Below, piece after piece: positions 20,276 through 29,454 of a stretch of 64,000 nucleotides of DNA (positions are counted from its first letter, which is position 1; each line of letters starts with the position of its first letter). A program made the position numbers and the translations under genes. Location: NCBI GenBank assembly GCA_050179755.1, contig JBFXEV010000001.1, forward strand, positions 969,994 through 1,033,993. The letters are read 5' to 3'. Source of the DNA: Candidatus Babeliales bacterium (GTDB taxonomy: Bacteria; Babelota; Babeliae; Babelales; JBFXEV01). The notes beneath the pieces were generated by a model, which saw only the letters and a program-made list of their open reading frames with translations, was not told the origin of the DNA and did no database searches.

Positions 20276-20302
20276 TTCACTACAAAATAAGGGGTGTACA
20301 GC

Positions 20303-21037
20303 ATGAATGTTCAGCCAGTAGAAAAAGGTGTTTTCGTGAACGAGTCCCCATTGCAAAAGCTCATTGAGCTTGTGAAGTTTGACCAAAAAATCTTAGTTCT
20401 TGAGCATTCGCTCAATTCTCTTGAAAACGAAGTTGCTCAGCATGAGCAAGAAATTTCCCAGATTCAGCATCATCTTGACGTTGCAAAGCAGCATATGCGT
20501 GCAACACGTAAAATTGTTGATGAAAAAGAGCTACGTATGAAAGAGCTTGATCAGATGGAAAAAGACGCCAAAAAGCGTTTAGAGCTCGTGCAGGGTCAAC
20601 GGGAATATGAGTCGGGCATGAAGCAGATTAAGTCGATTCAGAAAGAACAACAAGATTTTGAAGAGCAATTGCTTGAAAGCTGGAAACAGTTTGAGCATGC
20701 ACAAGCGCAATATACTGATAAGTTGCAATTTGTGAATGATAAAACAAAAGAACTGAACGATTTAGTGAGTTCACAATCTATAAAAATAGAAGAATTAAAA
20801 AAAGAAATTGCACTACAAAGCAAAGATAGGCCAGTTATGGAGCTGTCTATTCCCGAAGATTTGATTGCAAAGTACCAGGTGATGCGCAAACGCGTGAAAG
20901 ATCCGGTAGTGCCATTAGAGCATGGTAGTTGCAGTGCTTGTTTTTATCATGTTTTGCAGCAAGATCTTATATCTATCCAACGTGGCGCGCTTAAGCAGTG
21001 CCATAATTGCTTTAGATTTCTCTATTATCCAAAATAA
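20303..21037 (+). CDS. Coiled-coil protein with C4 zinc ribbon (DUF164/CT398-like)
   Basis: Long coiled coil then CSACF...CHNCFRFLY; start uncertain (20294, 20303 or 20337). Confidence 0.85.
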   Translation: MNVQPVEKGVFVNESPLQKLIELVKFDQKILVLEHSLNSLENEVAQHEQEISQIQHHLDVAKQHMRATRKIVDEKELRMKELDQMEKDAKKRLELVQGQREYESGMKQIKSIQKEQQDFEEQLLESWKQFEHAQAQYTDKLQFVNDKTKELNDLVSSQSIKIEELKKEIALQSKDRPVMELSIPEDLIAKYQVMRKRVKDPVVPLEHGSCSACFYHVLQQDLISIQRGALKQCHNCFRFLYYPK

Positions 21038-21040
21038 CAT

Positions 21041-21116
21041 GATCCTTCGACAAGCTCAGGATGATCGGGATGAAAACATAAGTTACTTGTCCGCTGTAGC
21101 TTTAGCGAAGGCTGGA
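21041..21116. repeat. Adjacent palindromic repeats: family B (21041-21068) and family A (21089-21116)
   Basis: gatccttcgacaagctcaggatgatc and gtccgctgtagctttagcgaaggctgga. Confidence 0.7.
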
Positions 21117-21161
21117 AGGGATACGAGCTTTACGATACAAATAATTTTTTGAAAGAAATAT

Positions 21162-21677
21162 ATGTCTCAGTTGAAACTATTCAACTCATGCCATCCTACG
21201 CCACCAGAACCAAAAGTTGGCGGTAGTAGATGGACACTTTTTATCGATGGTGCATCACGTAAAAATCCGGGTATTGCAGGAGCCGGCGTTTATTTACTCA
21301 AAGATGATATGCCTAATTTTCAGAAAGGTTTTTATTTAGGGCATAAAACAAATAATCAGGCAGAATATTTGGCTCTTCTCTTGGGCATATTCCACGCAAA
21401 AGAACATTTAAAAAAAGTTGATGCGCTCTATATTATTTCGGATTCAGAGCTTTTGATCAAGCAAATGAAGGGTGAGTATAAAGTTAAAAATCAGCCGCTT
21501 AAAGAATTATTTGATATAGCACATCTTTTATTAAAAGATGTCAGCTATACGTTATGCCATGTTCGAAGAGAAAAAAATATTGAAGCAGATGAGCTTGCCA
21601 ATGTTGGCATTGATAAAAAGGGAAAAGTCCCAGAATCTTTTATAGCGCTGCTGAAATCTCATGGTCTTTCGCTGTAA
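21162..21677 (+). CDS. rnhA: Ribonuclease HI
   Basis: FIDGASRKNPG, TNNQAEY, DSEL, RREKNIEADELAN. Confidence 0.92.
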   Translation: MSQLKLFNSCHPTPPEPKVGGSRWTLFIDGASRKNPGIAGAGVYLLKDDMPNFQKGFYLGHKTNNQAEYLALLLGIFHAKEHLKKVDALYIISDSELLIKQMKGEYKVKNQPLKELFDIAHLLLKDVSYTLCHVRREKNIEADELANVGIDKKGKVPESFIALLKSHGLSL

Positions 21678-22980
21678 TATTTTTTTCATGTTTGTTATAA
21701 CTTTGTTCGTGAACGCTTTTGGCGCGAGCACCCGTGACTATGAAAGCGGTGTATCGCTTATCTATCGAGCAGCAGTTATTCGAGCAAATTACCAAAAATT
21801 ACCCTATCGCAAGCGGCCGCGCTGGCAAGCCTATTATCTTGCAGCATTATATCCGCTCGGTGCACATGTGCATGCCAGGCTTGCACAAGACACAAACAAT
21901 GCTGATCAATTTACGTATCAGGTACGCGTATTGCTTCATGAAATTGATCAGAAAGAAGCTGGCAGCTGGAAGCTATCTTCGCCGCAAGGAGTGATAGTTA
22001 AAAATTTTAAAGTGGGCGAGTGGGCGCAATTCCCTCATATGGTGACAGTTGAGTATCGTAATGGAGCGCTGTTTATTAATAAACATAAATCTGCGTCAGA
22101 GCAAATTTGGATAGAGCCTGTCAGTGGCTTTTTGCATTTAAATGGTAATGATTATGCAGGGACAATGCTTTTTGTGAAAGATAAAAAAAAGGGCTATTGT
22201 ATTAGCCAGCTTGATATAGAAGCATATATTGGTTCCGTGCTACGTTGCGAAAGTTGGCCAGGTTGGCCAATTGAGGTTAATAAGGCGTTTGCCATTGCAT
22301 GTAGAAGTTATTTAGTTTCCAAAATAGCAGTGGCCACCCAACGGGGTTTGCCGTTCCATATTAAAAATACTAACATTCATCAAACTTATAACGGCGTGCA
22401 TACCAGCGCTGAGCTTTTGCAGGCAGTTAATGAAACGAAGGGTATTATTTTAGCACATAATAAAAAACCTATAGAAGCAATGTTTGATAGTTGTTGCGGG
22501 GGCGTAATTCCCGCGCATATTGAAGGCGTTGACTTTGCCAAGGCTCCCTATCTTGCACGAACTTCTCTTTGCACCTATTGTAAGCCGTGCAAGATATATA
22601 ATTGGCATGCAGAATATCCGCTCAGTGATGTAGCGCATCGCATGCGTAAAGCTGGCATTAAGGTTAACGCCGTGGATTCAATGGAAATTACCAAACTTGA
22701 TAAAGCGGGCCTTGTAAAAGAAGTGATAGTTAAAGATGGTAAAAAAAGGTATAAATTAAATGGCAAGCAGTGTTATGCTTTGTTTGATAAAGTTAATAGT
22801 TTTTGTTATTCAATAAAAAAAGAGAATAAATCTTTAGTGCTTGCAGGGCGCGGCTATGGGCATCATTTGGGCATTTGCCAATGGGGTGCTCGTAGAATGC
22901 TTGACCACGGTAAGACGTATAGAGACATTTTAGAGTTTTATTATCCTGGTGTTGAGTTTATGAAATTGACAAGTGCTTAA
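21661..22980 (+). CDS. SpoIID/LytB-domain lytic transglycosylase
   Basis: KAFAIACRSY, QTYNG, GRGYGHHLGICQWGA, ILEFYYPG; N-terminal signal. Confidence 0.9.
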   Translation: MVFRCNIFFMFVITLFVNAFGASTRDYESGVSLIYRAAVIRANYQKLPYRKRPRWQAYYLAALYPLGAHVHARLAQDTNNADQFTYQVRVLLHEIDQKEAGSWKLSSPQGVIVKNFKVGEWAQFPHMVTVEYRNGALFINKHKSASEQIWIEPVSGFLHLNGNDYAGTMLFVKDKKKGYCISQLDIEAYIGSVLRCESWPGWPIEVNKAFAIACRSYLVSKIAVATQRGLPFHIKNTNIHQTYNGVHTSAELLQAVNETKGIILAHNKKPIEAMFDSCCGGVIPAHIEGVDFAKAPYLARTSLCTYCKPCKIYNWHAEYPLSDVAHRMRKAGIKVNAVDSMEITKLDKAGLVKEVIVKDGKKRYKLNGKQCYALFDKVNSFCYSIKKENKSLVLAGRGYGHHLGICQWGARRMLDHGKTYRDILEFYYPGVEFMKLTSA

Positions 22981-22984
22981 ATGG

Positions 22985-23067
22985 CCTGTCCGCCGGCCTG
23001 TGCGCCGTAACTTTTTAGTGAAGGCGTGAGCTTGCCGAGCCTGAAGGCCCGGATAAGCGAAGGAGGA
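22985..23067. repeat. Nested family A palindromic repeats
   Basis: Inner cgccgtaactttttagtgaaggcg inside outer gtccgccg...agcttgccgagcctgaaggcccggataagcgaaggagga; the outer part closely resembles 51856-51903. Confidence 0.7.
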
Positions 23068-23153
23068 AGTTTATGAAATTAACCTCAGCACAAGCGTAGC
23101 CTATTCACTTGGGGTGAGCCGGTGAAGCAAATAAATCGTGGGAGGTATGAAGC

Positions 23154-23615
23154 ATGCCAAATTATAAAAGTCACTTAACCGGTGGATTAGTAGCGGCCGG
23201 GATCTTGTTATATTTTATGAGCTGGTGGTTATCCGTAAGTGCTGCACTTGCCGTGCAACTTGTGCTGTGCGCATTATTTGGGAGCTTGTTTCCTGATATT
23301 GATACCAAAAGCCAAGGGCAATTGCTCTCATATCGTTTTCTTGGCATTGTACTCATTGTTCTGATACTTCAACAACGCGTGGTCTTGGCTCTTGCTTGTA
23401 GTGCTGTGGGGATTTTGCCACTCATCGTGCATCACAGAGGACTATTTCATAGAGCATGGTTTATTGCTGCAGTGTGCATAGGCATAGTTACCTATGCCTA
23501 TCTTTATCAGTCAGCCTATCTATCTCTAGTTGTATTGCACGCAGTATTTTTCTTTGTTGGTGCACTCTCACACATTTGGCTTGATGTAGGTATTAAGAGA
23601 ATGTTTAGGGTATAA
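23154..23615 (+). CDS. Membrane metal-dependent hydrolase (YdjM-like)
   Basis: N-terminal H, GSLFPDID, HRGLFH, SHIWLD. Confidence 0.85.
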   Translation: MPNYKSHLTGGLVAAGILLYFMSWWLSVSAALAVQLVLCALFGSLFPDIDTKSQGQLLSYRFLGIVLIVLILQQRVVLALACSAVGILPLIVHHRGLFHRAWFIAAVCIGIVTYAYLYQSAYLSLVVLHAVFFFVGALSHIWLDVGIKRMFRV

Positions 23616-23638
23616 AAGTACTTACGTACTTTGGATGT

Positions 23639-24670
23639 TTATTCATCCTTTTCTTTTTTTATCTTGTCTGATGCGTGTCCAGCTTCATGTAACTTTTTTA
23701 ACCGATCTTGTGCTTTAAGTACTGTATAAAATCGTAGAGCATATAAATTTAAGCTTTCAGGAACTTCATTATTCGTTAAAGCAGTTGAAGCACTTCTTAT
23801 GTTTATCTCAGCTGTAAATGGTGAAGGTGAGCTGTGCTGCACGGTGGCTAAAATATGTTTGGCAGTACCGGCAAGTTCAATAGCCTTTTTATCGGCTTTC
23901 GTTTCGCTTGATATTTGGCAACTTTCGTTTCGTACAAAATGCAGTAAAGCTAGACAGGGAAAAAATGGTAGAACAATAAGAGGATTTAAAAGTAGCGCGA
24001 CTGCCGTAGCACCCAGAACTCCTCCTGCCGATTGTGTATTTATTTTAAATTGCTGAACGAGGCCATCATCATTTCTGGAATATGCCATGGAAATACGGGC
24101 AATTTCGCGTTCAATCATGCCAAGAAGTATATGTGTATGCTTGTTTTGAGTGGGAGTGGTTTGTGCTTCATGTTTTTCTTGTTTTGCAAGTTCATACGTT
24201 GTGCTGGGTAGCGCAATTGCGTGGCAAATATAGCCATCTATAAAATGAGTAACCGAAGCAGCCGTAAGCGCATCAAGATGCACGTTGCGACGATCGTTAG
24301 GACTTTGCTTATAAAGGCAGAGCCAGTTAGCTTTGCTTTCTGGGCTATTTAGTTTTGCTTTTTGGGCTACTGTAGTAAGGTGTTCATCTTGTTCAAGTTC
24401 GGTTAACCGTTCATCTTCAATACTTATTCCTTGTTGTGCAAATAGCGTTTGAACTGTAGCATATCTTTCACTTTCAAAAGGCATAAATCTTTGCTTTCCT
24501 AGACAAGTGCTTACAATAGTTCTTTCCAAATTGCCACTAAGCAATAACCCGCTTAATCTGCTTGCACAGGAAGTTGTAGGTTGAGGCATGAGTGCCTGAG
24601 GCTCCATAGTATAATTTGACATGCTTATTATTAAGCTAAGGAATGAAATTGTGTGTAGTGCTTTGTTCAT
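23639..24670 (-). CDS. Exported hypothetical protein with degenerate M48-peptidase-like motifs
   Basis: Signal peptide ending NYT-ME; GMIEREIARI, TM segment, ETKADKKA. Confidence 0.7.
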   Translation of the reverse strand: MNKALHTISFLSLIISMSNYTMEPQALMPQPTTSCASRLSGLLLSGNLERTIVSTCLGKQRFMPFESERYATVQTLFAQQGISIEDERLTELEQDEHLTTVAQKAKLNSPESKANWLCLYKQSPNDRRNVHLDALTAASVTHFIDGYICHAIALPSTTYELAKQEKHEAQTTPTQNKHTHILLGMIEREIARISMAYSRNDDGLVQQFKINTQSAGGVLGATAVALLLNPLIVLPFFPCLALLHFVRNESCQISSETKADKKAIELAGTAKHILATVQHSSPSPFTAEINIRSASTALTNNEVPESLNLYALRFYTVLKAQDRLKKLHEAGHASDKIKKEKDE

Positions 24671-25485
24671 TGAAAATTCTCCAAGTTAAAGAGGTTTTGG
24701 GCCGTTTGCGTAGTAGTTTTGGCTACTTGGTTAAAAGATATATCTCTGAGTTCAGCCAAATACTGTGCAATAGCTTTAATATATTTAGGGTGGTTTGGTT
24801 TGCCCCGCATTTCCTGGATGGGTAAATAGGGGGCATCCGTTTCCAAAACTATTTTTTCTAAAGGTAGTGTAGCAAAAATTTCACGCAAAATACTATTTTT
24901 GGGATAAGTCAGTGGCCCACCAATGCCCAAAACAAAGCCTAGATCAACTGAAAATTGTGCAAAAGCTTGGTCGCCAGAAAAGCAGTGTATAATGCCTTTA
25001 AGATTTTCATGCTTAAACTTTTCAAGTACCAGTGCTGTTTCGTCAAGCGCGTCCCGCGTGTGTACCACTATGGGCAGATTATGCTCGAGTGCCAATTCTA
25101 TGTGAGCATTAAAAGCATCTATTTGACGTGGTAGATCTGTATCGGGGTAATGGCGGTCAAGGCCACATTCTCCTATGCCGACAATTCGGTTAGATTCTTT
25201 ATCTTTTACCAGTTTTTCTATTTCTTTAAAATCTCTCAGCCATTCTTTGGTACAGTCATTGGGGTGAATGCCAACTACCGCATAAATTTCATCATATTTT
25301 TTGGCCAGTTCAACGCAGTTTTGGCTTTCTATAAGGCTTGTTCCAACATTAATAAATTGAGTTACCCCTTCTTGTGCGCATTCTTTAAGGATATTTGATG
25401 CATCCGCTATTTCACTCGGTGTTAATGGTACGTCAAATTTCTTTTTGACCATAATATTAAGATGGGCATGTGTGTCTATGAGCAT
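24667..25485 (-). CDS. tatD: TatD-family nuclease
   Basis: IDTHAH, GIHP, GIGECGLD, HTRDA, IHCF, LETDAPYL. Confidence 0.95.
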   Translation of the reverse strand: MLIDTHAHLNIMVKKKFDVPLTPSEIADASNILKECAQEGVTQFINVGTSLIESQNCVELAKKYDEIYAVVGIHPNDCTKEWLRDFKEIEKLVKDKESNRIVGIGECGLDRHYPDTDLPRQIDAFNAHIELALEHNLPIVVHTRDALDETALVLEKFKHENLKGIIHCFSGDQAFAQFSVDLGFVLGIGGPLTYPKNSILREIFATLPLEKIVLETDAPYLPIQEMRGKPNHPKYIKAIAQYLAELRDISFNQVAKTTTQTAQNLFNLENFQ

Positions 25486-25692
25486 GGAAAATCCTAGCAA
25501 CTTTATGAAATTCTTACTTATTCGATCTGGAGATCGTTTTTGATAAGTCTATAGAAATCGCAAAAAAAATTTACAAAAAGTTGACAAAATTAGAAAAATA
25601 CATATCTTGGAATTATCACAGGAATAAATTGGAGAAAAGTGAGTTTGAAGCAAAGCAGTGTTTAATCTTCTAACTATATAAGGAGTTCTCTC

Positions 25693-25971
25693 ATGAATAA
25701 AAGTGAACTTATTGATTCACTCAGCGAAGAAACAGCTTTTAGCAAAAAAGATGTTGCTCGCGTAATGGATAGTTTTTCTCGCATTGTACAACGTACACTT
25801 AAAAAAGGTGATCGCGTACAATGGGCTGGATTTGGTACGTTCTTAGTATCACGTCGCCCAGCTCGTAAAGGGATTAACCCAGCCACTAAACAACGAATTG
25901 ATCTTCCTGCGATTAACGTACCTCGTTTTAAACCAGGTAAAAATCTTAGAGAGACAGTTCGTTCAGTGTAG
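25693..25971 (+). CDS. hup: DNA-binding protein HU
   Basis: MNKSELID, GFGTF, RKGINPAT, PRFKPGK. Confidence 0.95.
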   Translation: MNKSELIDSLSEETAFSKKDVARVMDSFSRIVQRTLKKGDRVQWAGFGTFLVSRRPARKGINPATKQRIDLPAINVPRFKPGKNLRETVRSV

Positions 25972-26001
25972 TTTAACTACGAATAAAGCTTTTTCTTGTA
26001 T

Positions 26002-26026
26002 AAGGCCGCATTATGCGGCCTTTTTC
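26002..26026 (+). terminator. Intrinsic terminator after hup
   Basis: aaggccgca-tta-tgcggcctt followed by a T run. Confidence 0.8.
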
Positions 26027-26097
26027 TTTGCCTAATTTTCAATTTTCCGGTAAGGTAATTTAGTAATAGTATACGTAGAAACTTACCTGGTATTCTC

Positions 26098-27342
26098 ATG
26101 ATAGATTTACATCGCCTTCGCACACAGCCCAAAGAAACTATAGCACTCCTTCTTAAAAAAGAACCTTCATTTGATGGGCAAAAACTTTTTGATTTAGATG
26201 TTCAAGTACGCCAAATACGCTCTGATGTGGAAACTTTGCGTGCTACTAAAAATGATTTAGCTTCCAAAGCAAAAGGTGGCGTAACTGCTGAGTTGCGTGA
26301 GCAATCAATCCAAATAGGCAAGCAGTTAAAAGAGCTTGAGCAAAAATTGATAGAGATGGAAGAGCAGTTTAATCATATATATTTACGAGCGCCAAATTTA
26401 ATTTTTGATGAAGTTCCTGCGGGTAACAAAGAATCAAATAAAGTTATGAGGATGGTGGGAGAAAAAGCGAAATTTGATTTTGAGCCAAAGCATCATCTTG
26501 AAATTGGCACCAAGCTTGGTTGGTTTGATTTTGAAACAGCCGCAACGCTTGCAGGTAGCCAATTTGTGCTGTATAAAGGGCAAGGTGTTGAAGTGATGTA
26601 TGCGCTGTGCATGTTTATGTTAGGCCACAATAGATCACGCGGCTATCAGATGATCTTGCCGCCATACGTAGTAAACGAAAAATCTCTTCAAATTGCAAGT
26701 AACTTTCCTAAATTTGTAGACCAAGTCTATAAAGTGCAAGAAGATGATCTGTATTTAATTCCTACATCAGAAGTTAGTTTGACCAATATGTATCGTGAGG
26801 CAATATTTACGATAGAAGAATTGCCAAAGCGCATGACGTCATGGACCAGCTGTTTCCGGCGCGAAGCAGGTGGCTATGGTGCTACTGAGCGTGGTTTAAT
26901 TCGCATGCACGAATTTGAAAAAGTTGAATTATATACGTTTTGTGAACCGGAAAACAGTAGTGCAGAGCAAGAAAAAATGCTTGAGTGCGCAACAGCAATT
27001 CTTGATAAATTAGGTTTGCATTATAGAGTCTCATTGCTTGCAGCACAAGATTGCTCGTTCCCTTCAGCAAAAACATATGATATAGAAGTATGGATGCCGG
27101 GCCAACAAGCGTATTACGAAGTTTCTTCTATAAGTAATTGTACTGATTATCAATCACGCCGTGGTGCAATACGATATCGCAAAACTGCTGGCGGAAAAAC
27201 TGAGCTTGTTCATACTTTAAACGGCTCCTCACTTGCATTGTCGCGTTTAATGGTTGCTTTAATTGAAACGTATCAGCAAAAAGATGGTTCAGTAAAATTA
27301 CCTGACTTTTTGAGTCAGTTTGGTGTGCCTGATATTAAATAA
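26098..27342 (+). CDS. serS: Seryl-tRNA synthetase
   Basis: LIPTSEV, FRREAG...GLIRMHEFEKVE, EVSSISNCTDYQSRR, HTLNGS. Confidence 0.97.
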   Translation: MIDLHRLRTQPKETIALLLKKEPSFDGQKLFDLDVQVRQIRSDVETLRATKNDLASKAKGGVTAELREQSIQIGKQLKELEQKLIEMEEQFNHIYLRAPNLIFDEVPAGNKESNKVMRMVGEKAKFDFEPKHHLEIGTKLGWFDFETAATLAGSQFVLYKGQGVEVMYALCMFMLGHNRSRGYQMILPPYVVNEKSLQIASNFPKFVDQVYKVQEDDLYLIPTSEVSLTNMYREAIFTIEELPKRMTSWTSCFRREAGGYGATERGLIRMHEFEKVELYTFCEPENSSAEQEKMLECATAILDKLGLHYRVSLLAAQDCSFPSAKTYDIEVWMPGQQAYYEVSSISNCTDYQSRRGAIRYRKTAGGKTELVHTLNGSSLALSRLMVALIETYQQKDGSVKLPDFLSQFGVPDIK

Positions 27343-27364
27343 ATTTATATAAATGTTTTCCTGA

Positions 27365-27438
27365 CCTTCGATACACCGCTCATCCCGAGTGTTTTACAAA
27401 GCGTTAGCCAAGTAGAATGTATCGAGGCAAGGGTGAGC
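27365..27438. repeat. Nested family B palindromic repeats
   Basis: Inner ccgctcatcccgagtgtt...agaatgtatcgagg is the reverse-complement homologue of 35553-35605, inside an outer ccttcgatacac...agggtgagc. Confidence 0.7.
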
Positions 27439-27461
27439 ACAGGAAGTGACAGTAGATTTTT

Positions 27462-28358
27462 ATGTTAGCAAAAGAAATCATAGAACGCATAAAGCATATA
27501 CAGATTCGTACCAAACGTTTGCTTGGTGGCACGCGCGCTGGCGATCACGTGACGCGTCAAAAGGGATTTGGTCTCGATTTTGATCAAATTCGTGAATATC
27601 AGCAGGGTGACGATGTGCGCTATATTGATTGGAAAAGCTCTGCGCGTTCTGGCAAAATGCTTGTCAAGCAATATTATCAAGAACACAGTAGAACTATCAT
27701 GCTGGTGGTAGATTGTTCACGGTCGCTTTTCTTTGGGTCTGGTAAAGAAACAAAATATCACGTTGCAGCTACGGTGGCTAGCATTCTTGCATTAGTGGGG
27801 CAGCAAAGTAAAGATCGTGTGAGCTTGGTGCTATTCGATGATGATATAGAGCTGTATATTCCGCCGCGTTCGGGCTATGGGCACGTACAAAAAATTATGC
27901 ATACATTATTTGATTTTTCCCGTACATCCCGAGCGAGCGGTGTAACCCGAGTTGCGGGATTAAAAACTAACTACGCTCAAATGTTGCGCTTTGTAGGTTC
28001 CAAAAAAACCAATGATTCAGTAATATTTTTATTATCTGATTTTATAGATTTTGATGATGAATCGCTCTTGAGTTCTTTAGCGCGCAAAAGTGAATTAGTG
28101 GCTGTGCGTTGCCTTGATCCTTTGGAGCGCGCATTGCCAGGTGTGGGTTTGCTTGCGTTGCAAGACATAGAAACGGGTGAGCGTATAGAAATTAATGCTG
28201 CTTTATCGCAGCTTAAAGAAGTTTCACATCTATTATCTGCGCGTTTGTTTGATCAAAACGCATTGTTTGCGCGTTATGGTGTTGATGTATTTGATGCAAC
28301 ATCCTGTGATGACATGATAAAAGGGTTAATACGTTTCTTTCGTAAACGAGCAAATTAA
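27462..28358 (+). CDS. DUF58 (vWA-like, MoxR-associated) protein
   Basis: GLDFDQIREYQQGDDVRYIDWKSSAR, VDCSRS, LLSDF. Confidence 0.9.
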   Translation: MLAKEIIERIKHIQIRTKRLLGGTRAGDHVTRQKGFGLDFDQIREYQQGDDVRYIDWKSSARSGKMLVKQYYQEHSRTIMLVVDCSRSLFFGSGKETKYHVAATVASILALVGQQSKDRVSLVLFDDDIELYIPPRSGYGHVQKIMHTLFDFSRTSRASGVTRVAGLKTNYAQMLRFVGSKKTNDSVIFLLSDFIDFDDESLLSSLARKSELVAVRCLDPLERALPGVGLLALQDIETGERIEINAALSQLKEVSHLLSARLFDQNALFARYGVDVFDATSCDDMIKGLIRFFRKRAN

Positions 28359-28373
28359 AGAGGCTTTAGATCT

Positions 28374-28871
28374 ATGGACGAATTAGAAGTATATGAGCTT
28401 TATGACGTGTGGTATAAGCCGTGGTGGCAAAGCACCCCTGCAAAAATTATACTGGCGTGTAGTGTAATTTTTATAGTACTGCTATTTATACGTTTTATTA
28501 TGCGTTATATTTCTGCACGCAAAGCGATTCCTTTTTGGCAGCGAGCATTAGATCAGTGCGTGCAACTTAAAAAAAATAGCGATACGCTTGCACTGCCCAT
28601 TTTGTATGCGCAGGTAACTGCGTTATTAAAAGACTATCTTGAAAAGAGATACAATGAACAGTTCAAGCAACTAACCGATCAAGAACTGCGAGAAAAAATC
28701 GAGGCGCTTCCTTTGAGCCAGTTGCAAAAAGAACGAGTTACAGAGTTGCTTACTTATGCGGTACCTGCAAAGTTTGATGCAGACCAACACACTATTGCAG
28801 ATCCCGTGATTCATATTGCTTATCTTGAAACATTAATTAAAGAAACGCACCAGCAACCCACCCCCCCTTGA
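28374..28871 (+). CDS. Single-TM protein typical of DUF58/Bat operons
   Basis: PWW then TM; LLKDYLEKRY...LTDQE; follows DUF58. Confidence 0.7.
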   Translation: MDELEVYELYDVWYKPWWQSTPAKIILACSVIFIVLLFIRFIMRYISARKAIPFWQRALDQCVQLKKNSDTLALPILYAQVTALLKDYLEKRYNEQFKQLTDQELREKIEALPLSQLQKERVTELLTYAVPAKFDADQHTIADPVIHIAYLETLIKETHQQPTPP

Positions 28872-28968
28872 CACGCGTGGTACACTATTACAATAGGGCT
28901 TTTTTTTAGGTGGGCGAGTGCCCACATTTTTTTGTTGAATACAAGTTTAACTATAAAGGTATAAAGAC

Positions 28969-29427
28969 ATGGCAAAACACGTTGGTGTAAAACTTCCTGA
29001 AGATTTAATAAATATCCTTAAAAAAGGTACTGTGGGCATTCTTGCAACTTTTTCTGAATCTGGTTTGCCGCATACCACACCGATACAGTGTATTTACCCT
29101 AAAGGCCAAGAGAGTATTTTGATTTCAATTCATAAAGATCATACTGGTTACTTGAACATGGTATGGCAAAAGAAGGTGATGATGTGCTTTCTGGATGAAG
29201 GTAACGTTGCCTATAGCGTGTTAGGTCGTGCAGGCGTGGTGCGTGCTCCTTCTCAAGTGCACCCTTTGATGAATATTGTGCGTATTGATATTATTGATAT
29301 TAAAAGTGATCGTTCAGTATTAACCCGCGTTGATGCTGGTGTAAAGTGGAGTTATACTTCTCCTGAAGCAGAGGAATTGACTGAAAACTTGCTTAAAGAG
29401 TTGCGATCACTAGCTAAAACGTTGTAA
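28969..29427 (+). CDS. Pyridoxamine 5'-phosphate oxidase-like split-barrel protein
   Basis: VGILATFSESGLPHTTPI resembles the LATxxxxGxP FMN-binding motif. Confidence 0.65.
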   Translation: MAKHVGVKLPEDLINILKKGTVGILATFSESGLPHTTPIQCIYPKGQESILISIHKDHTGYLNMVWQKKVMMCFLDEGNVAYSVLGRAGVVRAPSQVHPLMNIVRIDIIDIKSDRSVLTRVDAGVKWSYTSPEAEELTENLLKELRSLAKTL

Positions 29428-29454
29428 GAAACACATTCATTTTTGAGGCATAGT

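Noticed and set aside
20922..21152. 76-aa ORF containing ILRQAQDDR and LSAVALAKAG
   Set aside because: It is a translation of the palindromic repeats and overlaps a real gene
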